Assembly (NCBI GenBank): GCA_905250055.1 | Contig: CAJNOF010000002.1 | Location: 5,986,240-6,050,239 of the forward strand | DNA length: 64,000 nucleotides | From: Rotaria sp. | Taxonomy: Eukaryota | Direction: 5' to 3' | Made by a program: the position numbers and the translations under genes | Shown: piece after piece, positions 40,618 to 53,447 of the stretch | Numbering within the stretch: position 1 is the first letter of the stretch | How the letters are laid out: the number at the start of each line of letters is the position of its first letter | The notes under the pieces: model-generated | What the model was told of the DNA's origin: nothing | Databases searched by the model: none | What the model saw: only the letters and a program-made list of their open reading frames with translations

Positions 40618-41659
40618 TCACACTTTTATACAGATTTTAGTACTAGTTGTTTTTAAGGATGAAAGACAAGATAAATTTCTCTGAATTTCGTCATTAATTT
40701 TATAAGTATAGGCAGCCTGTAATGGATTTTGATCCTCAAATTTATTTGCACAGCCTTCTTTATCTTGTGCACATCGTACAAATAAATCTAAAAACATGTA
40801 ATTAACATATTTATCATATTTAACAAGGTCAATAAAATCTGTTGGAACAACAGAATCAAGTATAACACCATCAATTTGTTTTTCATTTTCTATTAAATGA
40901 AGATATCGTTGTAAAAGATAAGTTTCTTGACTTGAACCCATTGACATGACACGTTGATTTGATTTTAAATGTTGACGATTAGAAACAACGTTTAATACAT
41001 ATTGTAGATCACGTCCCATATTTGTAAATGCATCATGTTTTAAACGATATTCATGCTCTTTTATATATGATAAACAAGATGAAAAGTTTAATAATATTGA
41101 TATTGGATATTCTAATAGATCACTTTTACCAACACCACGTTTATCCATCGCATATATTGTTATAGCACCATTATATTTAGATACAACACGAATAGCTTCT
41201 GATTTTAAAGTCGATATTGGTATACCACCATCTCCTATATAGTAGATAGACAAAGATATGTGACAAATTTAAACATAAGATATTACCTGCTATTCGCTAT
41301 AATTGATGACCTATATTTTCACTTCCATTTATGAAATATCGTTTGATAAAGATTTTTATTGTTTCTGTACAAGTTGTTAAATTTGTAGTTATAATCAAAT
41401 CAATAGGTACATTGACAAACATATATTGAGCATGAACATTATTGCTTGTTTCAATCTAAAGATATTTGAATGAAATCGAAATAGACCTTGGATTTATACG
41501 AGTCAAACATACTCCATTTGATAGAACAGGACAATTGAACCAATTTGGTTGAGCGATGGGAAAGTTAGAAAGTGGTAAACAATCTTCAGATGTAACAATA
41601 ATCGCAATAATCAGCAGTAGAAAAACTACTTTGCTCACAATAGTACAATGCATTGTCAA
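40618..41659 (-). CDS. Secreted protein of uncertain function with weak alpha/beta-hydrolase (S28/PRCP-like) resemblance; 2-exon model
   Basis: Exon 1, about 41659 down to about 41480, encodes the signal peptide MTMHCTIVSKVVFLLLIIAIIVTSEDC with donor GTATAA. Exon 2 runs from about 41228 down to 40618, with acceptor TATATAG. The segment IYAMDKRGVGKS ... RVMSMGSSQETY resembles the S28 HRYYGES ... GGSYGG region, but the GxSxG nucleophile motif is not intact. Confidence 0.4.
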
Positions 41660-42361
41660 TTTTTTTTGCGTACATTGAAAAAAGGCAAAATAAATAGTTA
41701 TTCAGTAAAAAAAAATTCTGTCATGTCATTTAAAAGGATTAGTACATTAAAGAAAGCAAATACGTAATATATGAAATTAATCTTAATACAAAAGGAATAA
41801 ATAGAAATGCTCTTTTATTTTGTTGATATCATATATTATTTTATTGACTCATGTGGGTGGTTTCTTATGCATAATCATGATTAGATAAACGTTTATAAAA
41901 GAAAACAGCATTTAACCAGCATCATAAGTACATTAGTATTGGTTCTTTAAATTTTTGTTTTTCAAAATAGAAGAAAAAAAACTTTTACTATCAAACATTC
42001 AATTAATAAATTGAAGAATAATGCAACAATTAGAGCTTTTCAAAAAATATTAGCAACGCTGATCTTTGAATACAGTGATAAAATAAGTTTGACTTTAGCA
42101 TTAATTTGAAATCATTTCTATCTCAAGCTATATTGATCATATATAAAATCATTTTTTCAAATCACTAGCTTAATTACTAATCGTTTAAAAAAATAGCTTC
42201 TCAGACTGTCAATCACATTTTACTTTCTTTTAATCTTCTATTCAACATTATGCTATTTCTGTGTTTATCAATCTATAATCGTTATCTAAATCTTTATTTT
42301 GACATTACTTGGCGTTTATTTTGTATTTACTATTATCATTTTCAACCAAAGATTTTTCAAT

Positions 42362-43441
42362 ATGCATCGTACACGTTCAATTTCAATTATATTATTTATT
42401 ATTGTTCAATATTTCATTTTTGTTAATAGTCAATGTCCATCTAATTTCTTAATAGAACCATGTTTATGTATCGAGAATAATTCATCAAATAATCAGACAG
42501 TACTCTATTCAATTTTAACAGAAACGATTCCAATTCGTCAAAAATCAATTATATGTGAACATATTAATAATTCATTCTTGGATTTACGTTCTATTTTTAT
42601 TAAACTTAGTATTGTCTTAACAACAAATAATCAATCGAATAATCTTACGAATTTTAATGATTTTCTTTTACATAATACACAAATTAATCATTTATCAGAA
42701 AATTTTTTTGGAAATATTACTTTTTCAAATATTTTATTATATCATAATCGATTATTAAAGTCAATTGATGTAAATGCATTTAATAATACACAAAATTATG
42801 TTGAAGTATTTAGAACTTTAAATACAAGTTTATCAGACAGTGATAAATTATTTATAGTAATAAGAAAATTTCATAATTTAAAATTTTTCAGTATGGAAAA
42901 TGATGAACTACAATCCATTCCCGATTATGCATTCAATCATACTGAACTTCGATATATATGGTTAGGTGTTGATTTTCGACAAACATTACAACCACTTAAA
43001 CACATTGGTAAACATCCATTTTATAATGTACCAAATTTAATATCATTACGAATTTTTTCATCTTTACTAACAAAAATTGGTAAATATTCATTGGCTATAT
43101 ATAGTAGACGGTCAACATCAATTGTTGATGATTTGAATCATATGTTATATATTGATATTGGTGGTTCAATGTTAAATGCTTCTAGTTTCGAACCAACATC
43201 ACTTACTCGTTTTCGTAATCGACCAGTTTTTTTACGTCTTTACAATACAAGTATTGATTATTTGGATGAAACAATATTTCAACCTTTTCTTGAAACACAT
43301 CCATCATCATTATTAGGTGTTCAAGATTCGAATATTAGTCGAACATGTGACTATAGATCGTTATGGATTAAAGATGAATATTGTACAAATATCAATTGGC
43401 GTGAAAATCGAGTATATGGAACTCCATGTTGTTCATTGTAA
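42362..43441 (+). CDS. Single-exon secreted Asn/Leu-rich leucine-rich-repeat protein (about 360 aa)
   Basis: ORF 42299-43441. The probable true start is the ATG at 42362 (MHRTRSISIILFIIVQYFIFVNSQ, a signal peptide). It has repeated LxxLxLxxN-type segments and many N-glycosylation sequons. No database identity can be claimed. Confidence 0.5.
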   Translation: MHRTRSISIILFIIVQYFIFVNSQCPSNFLIEPCLCIENNSSNNQTVLYSILTETIPIRQKSIICEHINNSFLDLRSIFIKLSIVLTTNNQSNNLTNFNDFLLHNTQINHLSENFFGNITFSNILLYHNRLLKSIDVNAFNNTQNYVEVFRTLNTSLSDSDKLFIVIRKFHNLKFFSMENDELQSIPDYAFNHTELRYIWLGVDFRQTLQPLKHIGKHPFYNVPNLISLRIFSSLLTKIGKYSLAIYSRRSTSIVDDLNHMLYIDIGGSMLNASSFEPTSLTRFRNRPVFLRLYNTSIDYLDETIFQPFLETHPSSLLGVQDSNISRTCDYRSLWIKDEYCTNINWRENRVYGTPCCSL

Positions 43442-45479
43442 TTTGTTAAATAAACAATCGAACTTATTCGCTGGTTGTATAATTATAAATATTGAGTATT
43501 GAGTTCGGATAATCATCCTAGTAATAATACTGAGTTGGATTTTCGAAACATGCGCATGGAACGAGAGATAAGGACTTCGAAACAAAACGAGTTCTGTCAA
43601 GTTCATTACATTCATATCCTTCATACTTAATAAACGAATGAAAAAGTTCAGAATTTCTTATATCTGATGGTTCTATTTTGAGTATGAAAACATATTTTGA
43701 TCCAATGTCAAATGTTTGCAAAAGATGCTTTCCTTCGTCATTATTAATTTTCTTCTATTTTTATTTATCGATAAGCACAGCTTTGTCTTGCCATCAACAA
43801 TCAAAATCTGGCTGCCGTACTTATATTAGTTTCTCAACAGGTGAGAGTGTATCAAATATGTAAAACTCTTCTTATTCTACTTAGCATTATCGTTGAAAGC
43901 TATATAGACAATAATTTGAATTAAACATTATTAACCTTCTAATTAATTCTAGATTCTCAATTTAATCTACTTAATTTCGTTATTTGTTATGATTTTCCTT
44001 AGGATAACTTGAAACATGCGAAGGCACCAAAAGCTTCTGACTTTATGAGAATATGCGTGTACATCATCTTAACACATATAATCACTCACATCCTTTTACC
44101 TTGTCATTATATGCTTAATCATATGTTATTTTTCTCTTATAATGCAAACCATCAAGTAGGTCAAAAAAGAAGACCTTCAATTAAGTAAATATTTCTTAAT
44201 GTAGATCTAATGGATCGTCTCATTTTTATTATCATATTAGTTGCATCGATAATTTCACTATACAAACTTTTTTATATATTTATAATGAATTCATTTTAAT
44301 TAATCAGTTTTCTAGTTATCGTTTTATTGTCTTTTAAATTATTGAAGTTATTTATTTACAATACTTGATATACATTGATCAAATTAGTATGATTGGTTGG
44401 ATTGGTTTTTGACAAATAACTTACAGTTTTGTTTTGATGCTACAGTCATGATATGATATAGTAGTGAAATGAAATACTAAATAGATATTATTCATATTAA
44501 CAAAACTGTTTCATAAACTATAATCTTACATATTGTAAATATCGCTACGGTCAAATAATCGATAAAATACTAAAATTGCAGATTAAATACATAAATCAAT
44601 AATGGTATATACTATTGAGTTGCTTTCTTAACATACATATAACCGTTATCAAGTTGAATTTTCGTCATATTAGTTTGTTCTCAAGACATTAATTTTTTTA
44701 TGTCGTATTTCAAATAGTACTAGATTTTAGAAATAATTACAATTAACTTTAAGACACCTTAAAAACGCTTTTAAAAATTTTTGCTAAGTTCTTTACTGTT
44801 AATTTGCTTGACACCAAATAATACACTTTTAAAAATTTAAAACATTAAATAGTAACACAGAAATTTTTCCGATAAAATATATTACAACTTCAGATTCAAA
44901 ACTATTTTTCATCTATCTATAATTCATCATATACTTGTATCTGTTACTCTCTTGTATACAAAGAAAATAATAAAGAAAACGAAAATGTTACAATAAATTG
45001 AAGACCATATGTTAGTTCATGAACGTGATGTTCACGAAAACATGCTATATTAAATACAATAACGCTACCGTTGACAAAGAGGACGATAATTGATATGAAA
45101 TATCAGAACCAGTAGAGTGAGATTTAGTCAATGTAGGGTGTTGGAGTTCATACAGAGCACACACAGAAAACACTGTGAAATAATTGTAATCTTCATTTTT
45201 TCCTATGTAGATTGCTTTGACCAATATATACTTAAATAATAGTTAAACTGGTAACTATTATCAGTTTTTCATATGTGAATTATACTAATTCATAACTTTG
45301 TCAACATATTAATCAGAGTTATGAATTTAATTGAACTTCAGTTTCTCTTATATTCATGATTGTGCCAATAGGCATCTTATCTTATGTGAAGTCTTTTCTT
45401 TCTTAGTATATTGCTATACAATCAATGATACGTAATGTTCATAATCGTGTTACTGTTACGTTCATCTATGCATGATTGA

Positions 45480-45860
45480 ACCTTCTTCTCATTCTATATC
45501 GTTATTCACTCATATATTATATGTATTGTTCTCATCTATCTATTCTTACGTTATATCCTTACTCGATTGTTCGTCTATATCTGTTCTCTCCTTGGCCTCA
45601 TCACTTGTTCATTCTTACATTGTTCTCTTCATGGCCTCATCTTCTTTTTTTGCATCATCACTTATTCTACTCGTGTATATAAACGTGTGATTTAAATGTA
45701 AACGGGACGATTGTATGATATGAGGGAATAGAATACAGTGTATCACCATCAACACTAACATTCTTTATATCATTAATCGTCACATGACGATGATATGATA
45801 TGAAGGAATAAAATCACCAACCACACCAACATTTCTTCTATCATTTTTTTCGTCACAATG
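45480..45860. repeat. CT-rich dispersed repeat, copy 2, with an internal duplication of the GATATGA(A/G)GGAA...CGTCACA block (about 45700-45850)
   Basis: Aligns with 17440-17700. The ORFs at 45472-45690 and 45476-45682 are repeat translations. Confidence 0.5.
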
Positions 45861-46879
45861 ATAGTTTTCAATTTCCAACGATTTATCGAGATTCGTTCAA
45901 AGAATTATTATTCATATATATTGAACATTGAAATCTTTTCTAGTGTTTCAATCAATTAAGTTTACTTTACATGTCTTAGTACAATAGCTTTCTTATATTA
46001 ATTAGTTTTACGGGCCTTCTTCCAAATCAAGCTATAATCTTTTCTTCAAGAATTGCTACTCATATCTTAAATGTGTTTATTATTTCGATTGTAATATGTT
46101 TTGCAACATCAACTTTAAACGTCAATATTTTATTTAATCAGACTAGTTTAATTGCAAGATTAGTTGTAGGATAGTGATTATTTTATTCTTGTTCACATTA
46201 TTCAAATTACTTTTTAGAAGTATTCAATAATATAAATTTATTCAATTTTAATTTAGAATAATATGCTTTAGTATAACTAACCCTAAATATTCTTTGAGAA
46301 AAATTCAGTTTACGAAGTTAACATCACCTTCATATGGCCTGTTGAAATTTATAATTTTTCTTATTAATACGATTCATTCATTTTTGAGGCTATTCGTCAT
46401 ACTTCAAAAGAGTTTGATATTCAATTTTATTAACGAAAACCAACTAATCATAGATGATTAGTTTGAATGAAAAATTTCTATCGAAACATCGATGAAAATT
46501 ACTCACTGGTGCAAAATGAATTTACTGGTATTTCACAACATGCTGGTAAGGACAAATTTTACTCGTTCTCTTACATCGTGAAACTTTTAATATAAATCTT
46601 TTTACAGTGGATTGCAAACGTCTAATAGTTTCTCTCCTCGTGGATTATAAAAAATGTCATCATCAAATGATGCAGTTCCCAATAATATTGAAATTCTCAT
46701 GCAAAAAATCAATGCTAAAACAAATGCAGATAAACTTTCAAAATGTACAATCGATCTACGAGATGCACGAATAGATCCATGTGAAGATTCATCAGTTATA
46801 GCTGAATTATTTGTCATTACATTAAATTATAAAAACAAGAATGATGATGTGGCTGTGGATGTGGGTGTTGAGAGAAGAC

Positions 46880-47230
46880 TTACACCCACCATCATACCTA
46901 CAGCAGCAGGATCCTAGTCGTATCTTGTCGTTTCGTGAGACTGGAACCGAACTTCACAGACGAGTTTTGAACGGCCGGATGTGGGCTTCGAAACCAGTCC
47001 GTAAACGACAGTATACGGTTCGTATCCTGTCGCCGTCATAAATCACTGAAACCGCATTCCTGAACCGTACCGGAAACAGGCATCCGTATCCGAACATCGC
47101 TTCCGAACTCCAGAATTGACAGGAACTAAGCAGGAAACGGATGCAGGAACCGATTTCGGAATCCTGCTCTCGGAATTCGCTGGGACTCCACGAGATCCGA
47201 TGGTTTCCCACCGTACGTCTTTGACCTGGG
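46880..47230. other. GC-rich (about 50%) island of unknown nature in a roughly 30% GC background, with iterated GGAACCG / GAAACGG / CCGAAC motifs
   Basis: Base composition and motif iteration seen directly. There is no match to rRNA, snRNA, tRNA or known TE signatures that I can recognise. The ORFs at 46841-47041 and 46954-47211 have no recognisable domains. Confidence 0.3.
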
Positions 47231-48082
47231 CTACTTTATAGATTACTAAAGAATCAGTTCGGTCATTAAAACATGATCATAAACCAAACGATACATGAAA
47301 AGCATTAGGAAGTGCATAAATTGATAGCACAAGTCCATCTTATTCACAACCAAGTGATATTAACGTTCAATTGAAGCCCATCATTTCTCATAATTATGGA
47401 AACAATGATTGTCATACATGAAATGAATTCAATATTATTTTAGACATGCTTTTTTCTTCAACTTTATATTCAAATCCGAATATATTTATAATAAAAGTTC
47501 AAAGATTAAATAACAAATATTTTAGCATGCAATCCTTATATGAAATCTGTACAAATAATTAGCTTCGGACAGCCGGAATACAGAGAAGCATTCTTTCGTA
47601 TTGAGTAGTTCTGCTTTCGTTATTTTTCCTAATTTATTGTCCCATGGACGCTCATTCTTCCGATTTTCATCCATTCAGCGCATGAGTTTCTTTGAGTATG
47701 TACACAACTCATACAAGCATTCAAATATTTGTTAATGGAAAGTATGTCTGTGCATGTCAATATTGAGAAAAAAATGTTGCCTAGGGTAGTAATAATACAG
47801 TTTAAAAACTCGATGAAATTTATCAAGGCATACATGAAAGTCACTAAAAACAGTAAAACCAACTTCATCTAAATGATGACCATGAGTCTCACATTAGAAT
47901 TGTCTTTAAGAATTTGAAAATAAAGAAAAGATGAATTTAATCATTGCAAGAAAATGAACTCGAATTACGATCATTATGTCGAGATATAAAAAAGAAAAAG
48001 ATGAACTTTTTTCAAATATTATTTTTTGATCTGTATTAGAACTCTTTTATGAAACCCACAATAGAAGAAAACGATCATATCT

Positions 48083-48598
48083 AACATTGATAAATACTCT
48101 TCTTTCACTTAACTTAATATAATAATTTACTTAACAAAAACAGAAACATAAAGCTAGTGATGTTTCGTATCTCGATAAGATGCTTCGTCAGACATTAACA
48201 CAAACATAAAGCACATAACTTAGCATACAACAATTTATACAAGTGGAAACATAGCAAACTAAGAACAAACAAACTAGGCTATTTTCTTCTTTTTCTATCA
48301 TTCTTTGATAGTCATACGGAAAAACAAGACGGAAACAGTGCCAGCTACAGAGGGAGTTAATCTTTTTCCGTATCACTATCAAACAATGACTGAAAAAGAA
48401 GAAAATAGCCTAGTTTGCTTGTTCTTAATTTGTTCTATTTCCACTTGTATAAATTGGTGTATGTTAAGTCATTTGTTTTATATTTGTGTTAATGTCTGAC
48501 GAAGTATCGTATCGAGACATGAAACATCACTAGCTTTTTGTTTTTGTTGAATAAATTATTATATTAAACCAAGTGAAAGAAGAGTATTTATCAATGTT
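48083..48598. repeat. Long imperfect palindrome / hairpin (about 516 bp, arms about 250 bp at about 80% identity, centre about 48341) flanked by 15-bp direct repeats AGAAGAAAACGATCA (48063-48077 and 48629-48643)
   Basis: The mirror ORFs at 48188-48382 (-) and 48305-48499 (+) encode near-identical peptides, which is diagnostic of an inverted repeat. Direct comparison of the arms confirms it. Confidence 0.8.
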
Positions 48599-51500
48599 GA
48601 ATATCAAATCAACCTTTTTAACAAGATAAGAAGAAAACGATCAATTTAATCTCTTTCGCCATTCAGTCCGATTCATCAACAGTACGTAATCACATTTTTC
48701 TCAACATATCAAGCAAAATTATAATAAAAAATGACTTGAGATGTTTTACTTTGAAATCATATCTGCTGGATTTTCTGTGGCAGATTTTCAAAATAATTTT
48801 CGGTATGTGTACTTTTCGATATTCCTTGAACATAATCTCATATTCATGTCCTCACCCTTACAATATCTGTTTTTTTCTCACTTGATTTAATCAAATATTT
48901 TACAACATCAGACAAATCAGTTATTTATTCTGATTTTCATTGTTACAAAATTTGATAATAACAAATTTATGTTTATCTCTTCTGTAATTACATCGTTCTT
49001 ACTTGTCTTTTTCATCTGTATCTTATCAGCACATGTACAGAATGAGAAAAAGGACCATACTTATGACAAAGAAAGAAAAAAAATTTATGGTTGAATGATA
49101 ACGATTTATTTTTCTTTTGAATGCAATTTATATCGCTTTTCGTCACCCGCGCTTCAAGCAGGCTTATGCACATACAAAGGATACGACTATTATATTGAAG
49201 TAAAAGGATAGACAGTGTTGATACAAGCTTCGTTGTGTTATTTATCTCATAAAAAAAATCATTATGATATAAGCTGTACAACGACAAAATAAGTAATCGC
49301 GTATAAAACGATTTGGTAATGAAAGAATGTCCTTGTTAATGAGTGATCATAATACAAAAAAGAAAAGGTAAAAAACAGTCGTGTATTAAAAAGGACAGTA
49401 AGTATTATGCTTTACAATTTTTTTATTTCATATTTGAAATTGAGAAAATTTAAACGAAATATGTGTTACTACTCTAAGCATTTGATCATGATTACCCAGA
49501 TCCATCAAAACGGATTCGTTTATAGCACGTTTTCAAAATATAAACATTGAAAAAATGATATGTGCATGTTTATTCTTCTCGTAAGCGAATCGTATAATGA
49601 CTGGCGATAATCCTATGAGTTTAAAAATACTTTGATAAAGTAGTTAAAGTTAAAGTAGCATCCTTCAATGTTAACTTTCGCATAATCAAAGTTGAAATAA
49701 AGATTTTCTCACAACAAAAAAGTTTCTTTTGTGGAAACATAAAACTCAAAACTTCGAGAAATCGATATCAGATTCGGACTCCACCTTTCCCACAAACTGT
49801 ATTGAAAAAACGTTTTTTTTCCTAAAAAAATCTCTACTTTAACTTAAAGTCAAGTTAAAGTGGCAACTCTAATGCTCAGTGTATACGATGTATCACAGCC
49901 ATTTAAGTCTATTAGTGAAATATTTGTAAAGAGGGTGTGTTTGTGCAGTTTTTGTTGCTCAAAATATTCGAAGTATACAATAAAGTAGTCGTTCACAAAC
50001 TGGGCTTACTTTGATGATATAGTTACATGGATACAATTAATTTTTAGTTGTAAGACACTATTTAGTATCGTACACTTAAAAGGAAACAGATGTTTCAGAA
50101 AATCTTAAAAAAAGGTTTCTACAATGGAAACAAAGTCGAAATCCTCTTTCAACTTCTTCTTCCAATAAATGTTTCCTAACCAATTTCACAATGAAAGTTA
50201 CAGCAAAGGATGGGTGTGATATGTTATTCTAGTCATGACAATCAGTCATATTAACATGTTTCCATAATACAAAACGAACTTTGCAATCTGATATGCCAGT
50301 GCATTCCAACAAAAAAATATTGCTAGACTATAGGAAGCTTTCAACTAAAACAGTACACTAAATGCACATATATACATCAGTTCACTAACAAAAACTCTGT
50401 TTCTCTCAGGATGATGCACAGTTTTTACATATTCAGCGCAAAGATAGTTCATGCTGCACATCCACTTTCACTGCTGGCAGTATACCACTGGTCAAAAATT
50501 GTCGAAATATATGAGTAAATATATTGATCGATGTAGTCGATAATGTAAAATAATGTCCATTATTTACATTATCGGCTACAATGGGTTATCTAAATAAATT
50601 ATTATTTTTTTCTTTTATTTAGATCCGTATAAACATTAACTAGGTAGCAAAATGATGAAGCAAAGAAGAACCAAAAATTGCTAATCATATTAACGATTCA
50701 TAGTCTTATGAATCTTGCAATAAATGCAAATCCACATAAGCAACATATTGGGTTAGTGAGTTTTGTTAATGAAAAGATTTCTTATTTTTTATACTTGTAC
50801 ATCGTAAGTTGTTCTTCAGTAAAACCTAACCTTGATTGAAATTTTTCTCAGAAACAGTCATATTCCTCTGAAAAATAACTTATGACATATACACATAAAA
50901 AATAAGATATTTTATTAATAAAACTCACTAAATCAATATGCTGCCCATGAGAATTTACATTTATTCTTAAATTCAAAAGACTATGGATCAGTAGGTTCGT
51001 ATCTTGATCCTACCGGTAATTGCATGGAACACTTGCGATATAATCGATAGTTTCCACATCGTTCGGGAAGTGGTTTCGTAAACAAAATTATGAAGTCTAA
51101 ATGCAGTAAAGAAGTATACAAACGTGACAGTAAAATGAAAGATAGATAGATATATGTATTAAGGACTTACATTTGTTGAGTTTCTGATTGGTAAATAGCT
51201 CTCTCTATGAGATATGACAGCTAAAAAAACAACAGCTCTGTGTGAAATCTGGAAGAATTATTTACAACATGTTTATGACTAGGAAACTTTCAGTAATATT
51301 TCTTGCAATTGTTCGATACTCTAAAGTTATGGCAACATTCCAAGACCTTCACAAGTTTTCTTAGAAACATTTTTTTCTTACAGTGTTTAGAATAATATAC
51401 GGTCATTTTTAAAATGAACGCTTCAATCTGGGATAAATTTTGGGGGAATAGATTCAGGAAATAAAAGTACGACTAGGTTTAGGGAAATCGAAGTATATAC

Positions 51501-53447
51501 AAGGAAATAGGCATAGATGTAGTAGTATACGTATAAAGAGAAGGATTGATATATATGCTTAGTGAGATTACATTAAGAAACTTGAAAAAAAGAAGATTTC
51601 GATTTCGTTACAAAATTCAGAACCTTTTGAAGTTCCGTGTGAAATTTTTTCCTTATGCACTCTTTTGATAATCAGTTTTAAGGTTAATTGAAATCGTTTA
51701 GGAAATTTATATGCCTTCACTAGATGCTTTATGAAAATGCAACGCATAGAAGCCTCTTCCATACAGTTTTTAGAAAGAGTATATGAAAAGGTTTGTGAAA
51801 GGGCTTACGAAAATTTCATAAATGGTAAAAAAAAGAGGGGCTTTTGCACGTTGTGATTTAATGAACTCTTTAGAATTTTATTATTGTACAGTGTTGTTAC
51901 AGTGAGAAGAGAAGTGTCTGTTAGTGTGCTAGAAATGTATATGGACGGTATGTGAGGCTGGATGAGGATCTAGAGTTGTAATGACACAGAAGAACAACTT
52001 CACTAATTCAGACTCAGAATTTCATCCATACTTCCAGTAAAACGATGCTTTATAAATCATCATACTTTACTGATATACATAGAGCTAATTTTCAGGATTT
52101 AATTAATGCAGAACTTAACAGCAACAAAACATCGATTTTTGAAACTAAGAACAATCATTTTTCTAATAAGTTTAGCACAAAGAGTTGCAATTACGTAGTT
52201 TACTTGAAGGAGACGCGTTTAAACATTCATAGTGACTATTTACAAAAATCTGGTCTTAATGCATTAATGCAGCATCTTTCACGAAATTTTATTTATTTCT
52301 CTTTATTCGCTTAGATGAGTACTAAAATTATATGAATTAAATGTTTCATATGTACATGCATTGTAGCATCCTAAGAAACTGCTCGGTGTACCTTCTTGTT
52401 TGAACGATGCTTCCGCTAGTATACTGACAGATGCTGCGATCCATTTATAAATGATTCTTACTTAAAAATAGTTGAAATGTTTTTGGTGAAGGCAAAAATA
52501 TGACTTGGAATTGCTATTTTTTTTGTGCAATCTATTTGAAAGAAGTTTCAAATAAGCTTCTGCTATTATCAAAAGATCCAGTCTATTCAATCGAATCAAA
52601 GCTAAGATATTTCAACTTTTGATTGTAGCGGCTATTGCCTGATACACTCCTCAGAATAAAAATATTTTCTTATCGGCCTTTCAAGTTATTGAATGGCATG
52701 AGGAATGTATTTAGTATTTTATATTATAAAAGCTAGTCTTGTCCAAATTTAAGTTTTGAAAAAAGAATATGCTACCTATTCATGTTTTCTGAGATTTTTA
52801 CTAAGAGAACCTGGTGAAATATATCTCAATATTAGTGTAAATAGATATGCTTTACATGAAGAAGGATGACGAGGTATAAATTATCAGAATATTAATGCAT
52901 TTGAATAGATCCTGATACTTATGTTCTTACAAACAGTGGTAGGATTTTACTTCGGTCTCGTTTTAGAATGCATTCAGCAGTTAAAAGATCAATGTTGTTT
53001 AGTATCTTTTCTTACTTTCAGGAGTGAGTTAAGCAAGACTCATGGGGTAAGAAAGTGTTTGCATTTCTAAGAAATATACCTGCAATACAAAAGCTGATAG
53101 CATTATCCCTATGAGATTCAAATGTGAAACGTGATGTAACATTTGTTACTAATCACGCGAGTGTTATGTTATTTGGTTTATCTTGGCACTGATTTTTTCC
53201 AACATCTTTTACTTAATTCTTGAGAACTACAATAGAAAAGAAGTTTGTCTATTCTCATAATATGTTAGTGATATATTATCGACGGTAGGATATGGAAAGC
53301 GTCTGATACGGCCTGTGATAGTCGTTGAGAGGAGAAAGAGAAAATCTTTAAATTTCTATCCCTATACACTTCAGCATTTCTTTTAGATCGTGTTTCACAA
53401 AAAATAAACAAAGCACCTGAAATAGACTTCGACTCATCTTTTTCATA

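Noticed and set aside
47000-47045. tRNA-like T-loop motif ACGGTTCGTATCCTGTCGCCGTCA
   Set aside because: The T-stem cannot be paired (49-53 vs 61-65). The invariant A58 is not in place and no acceptor or D/anticodon arms can be drawn. It is not a tRNA gene, though possibly a tRNA-derived SINE remnant.
46900-47250. Search for hammerhead-ribozyme SINE (CUGAUGA...GAAA core) in the GC-rich island
   Set aside because: No CTGATGA core with a suitably spaced CGAAA could be found by eye.
48188-48499. Two 64-aa ORFs on opposite strands encoding near-identical peptides (MIVIRK...CVNV)
   Set aside because: Mirror-image ORFs are the expected artefact of a long palindrome. The region is called as a hairpin repeat instead.
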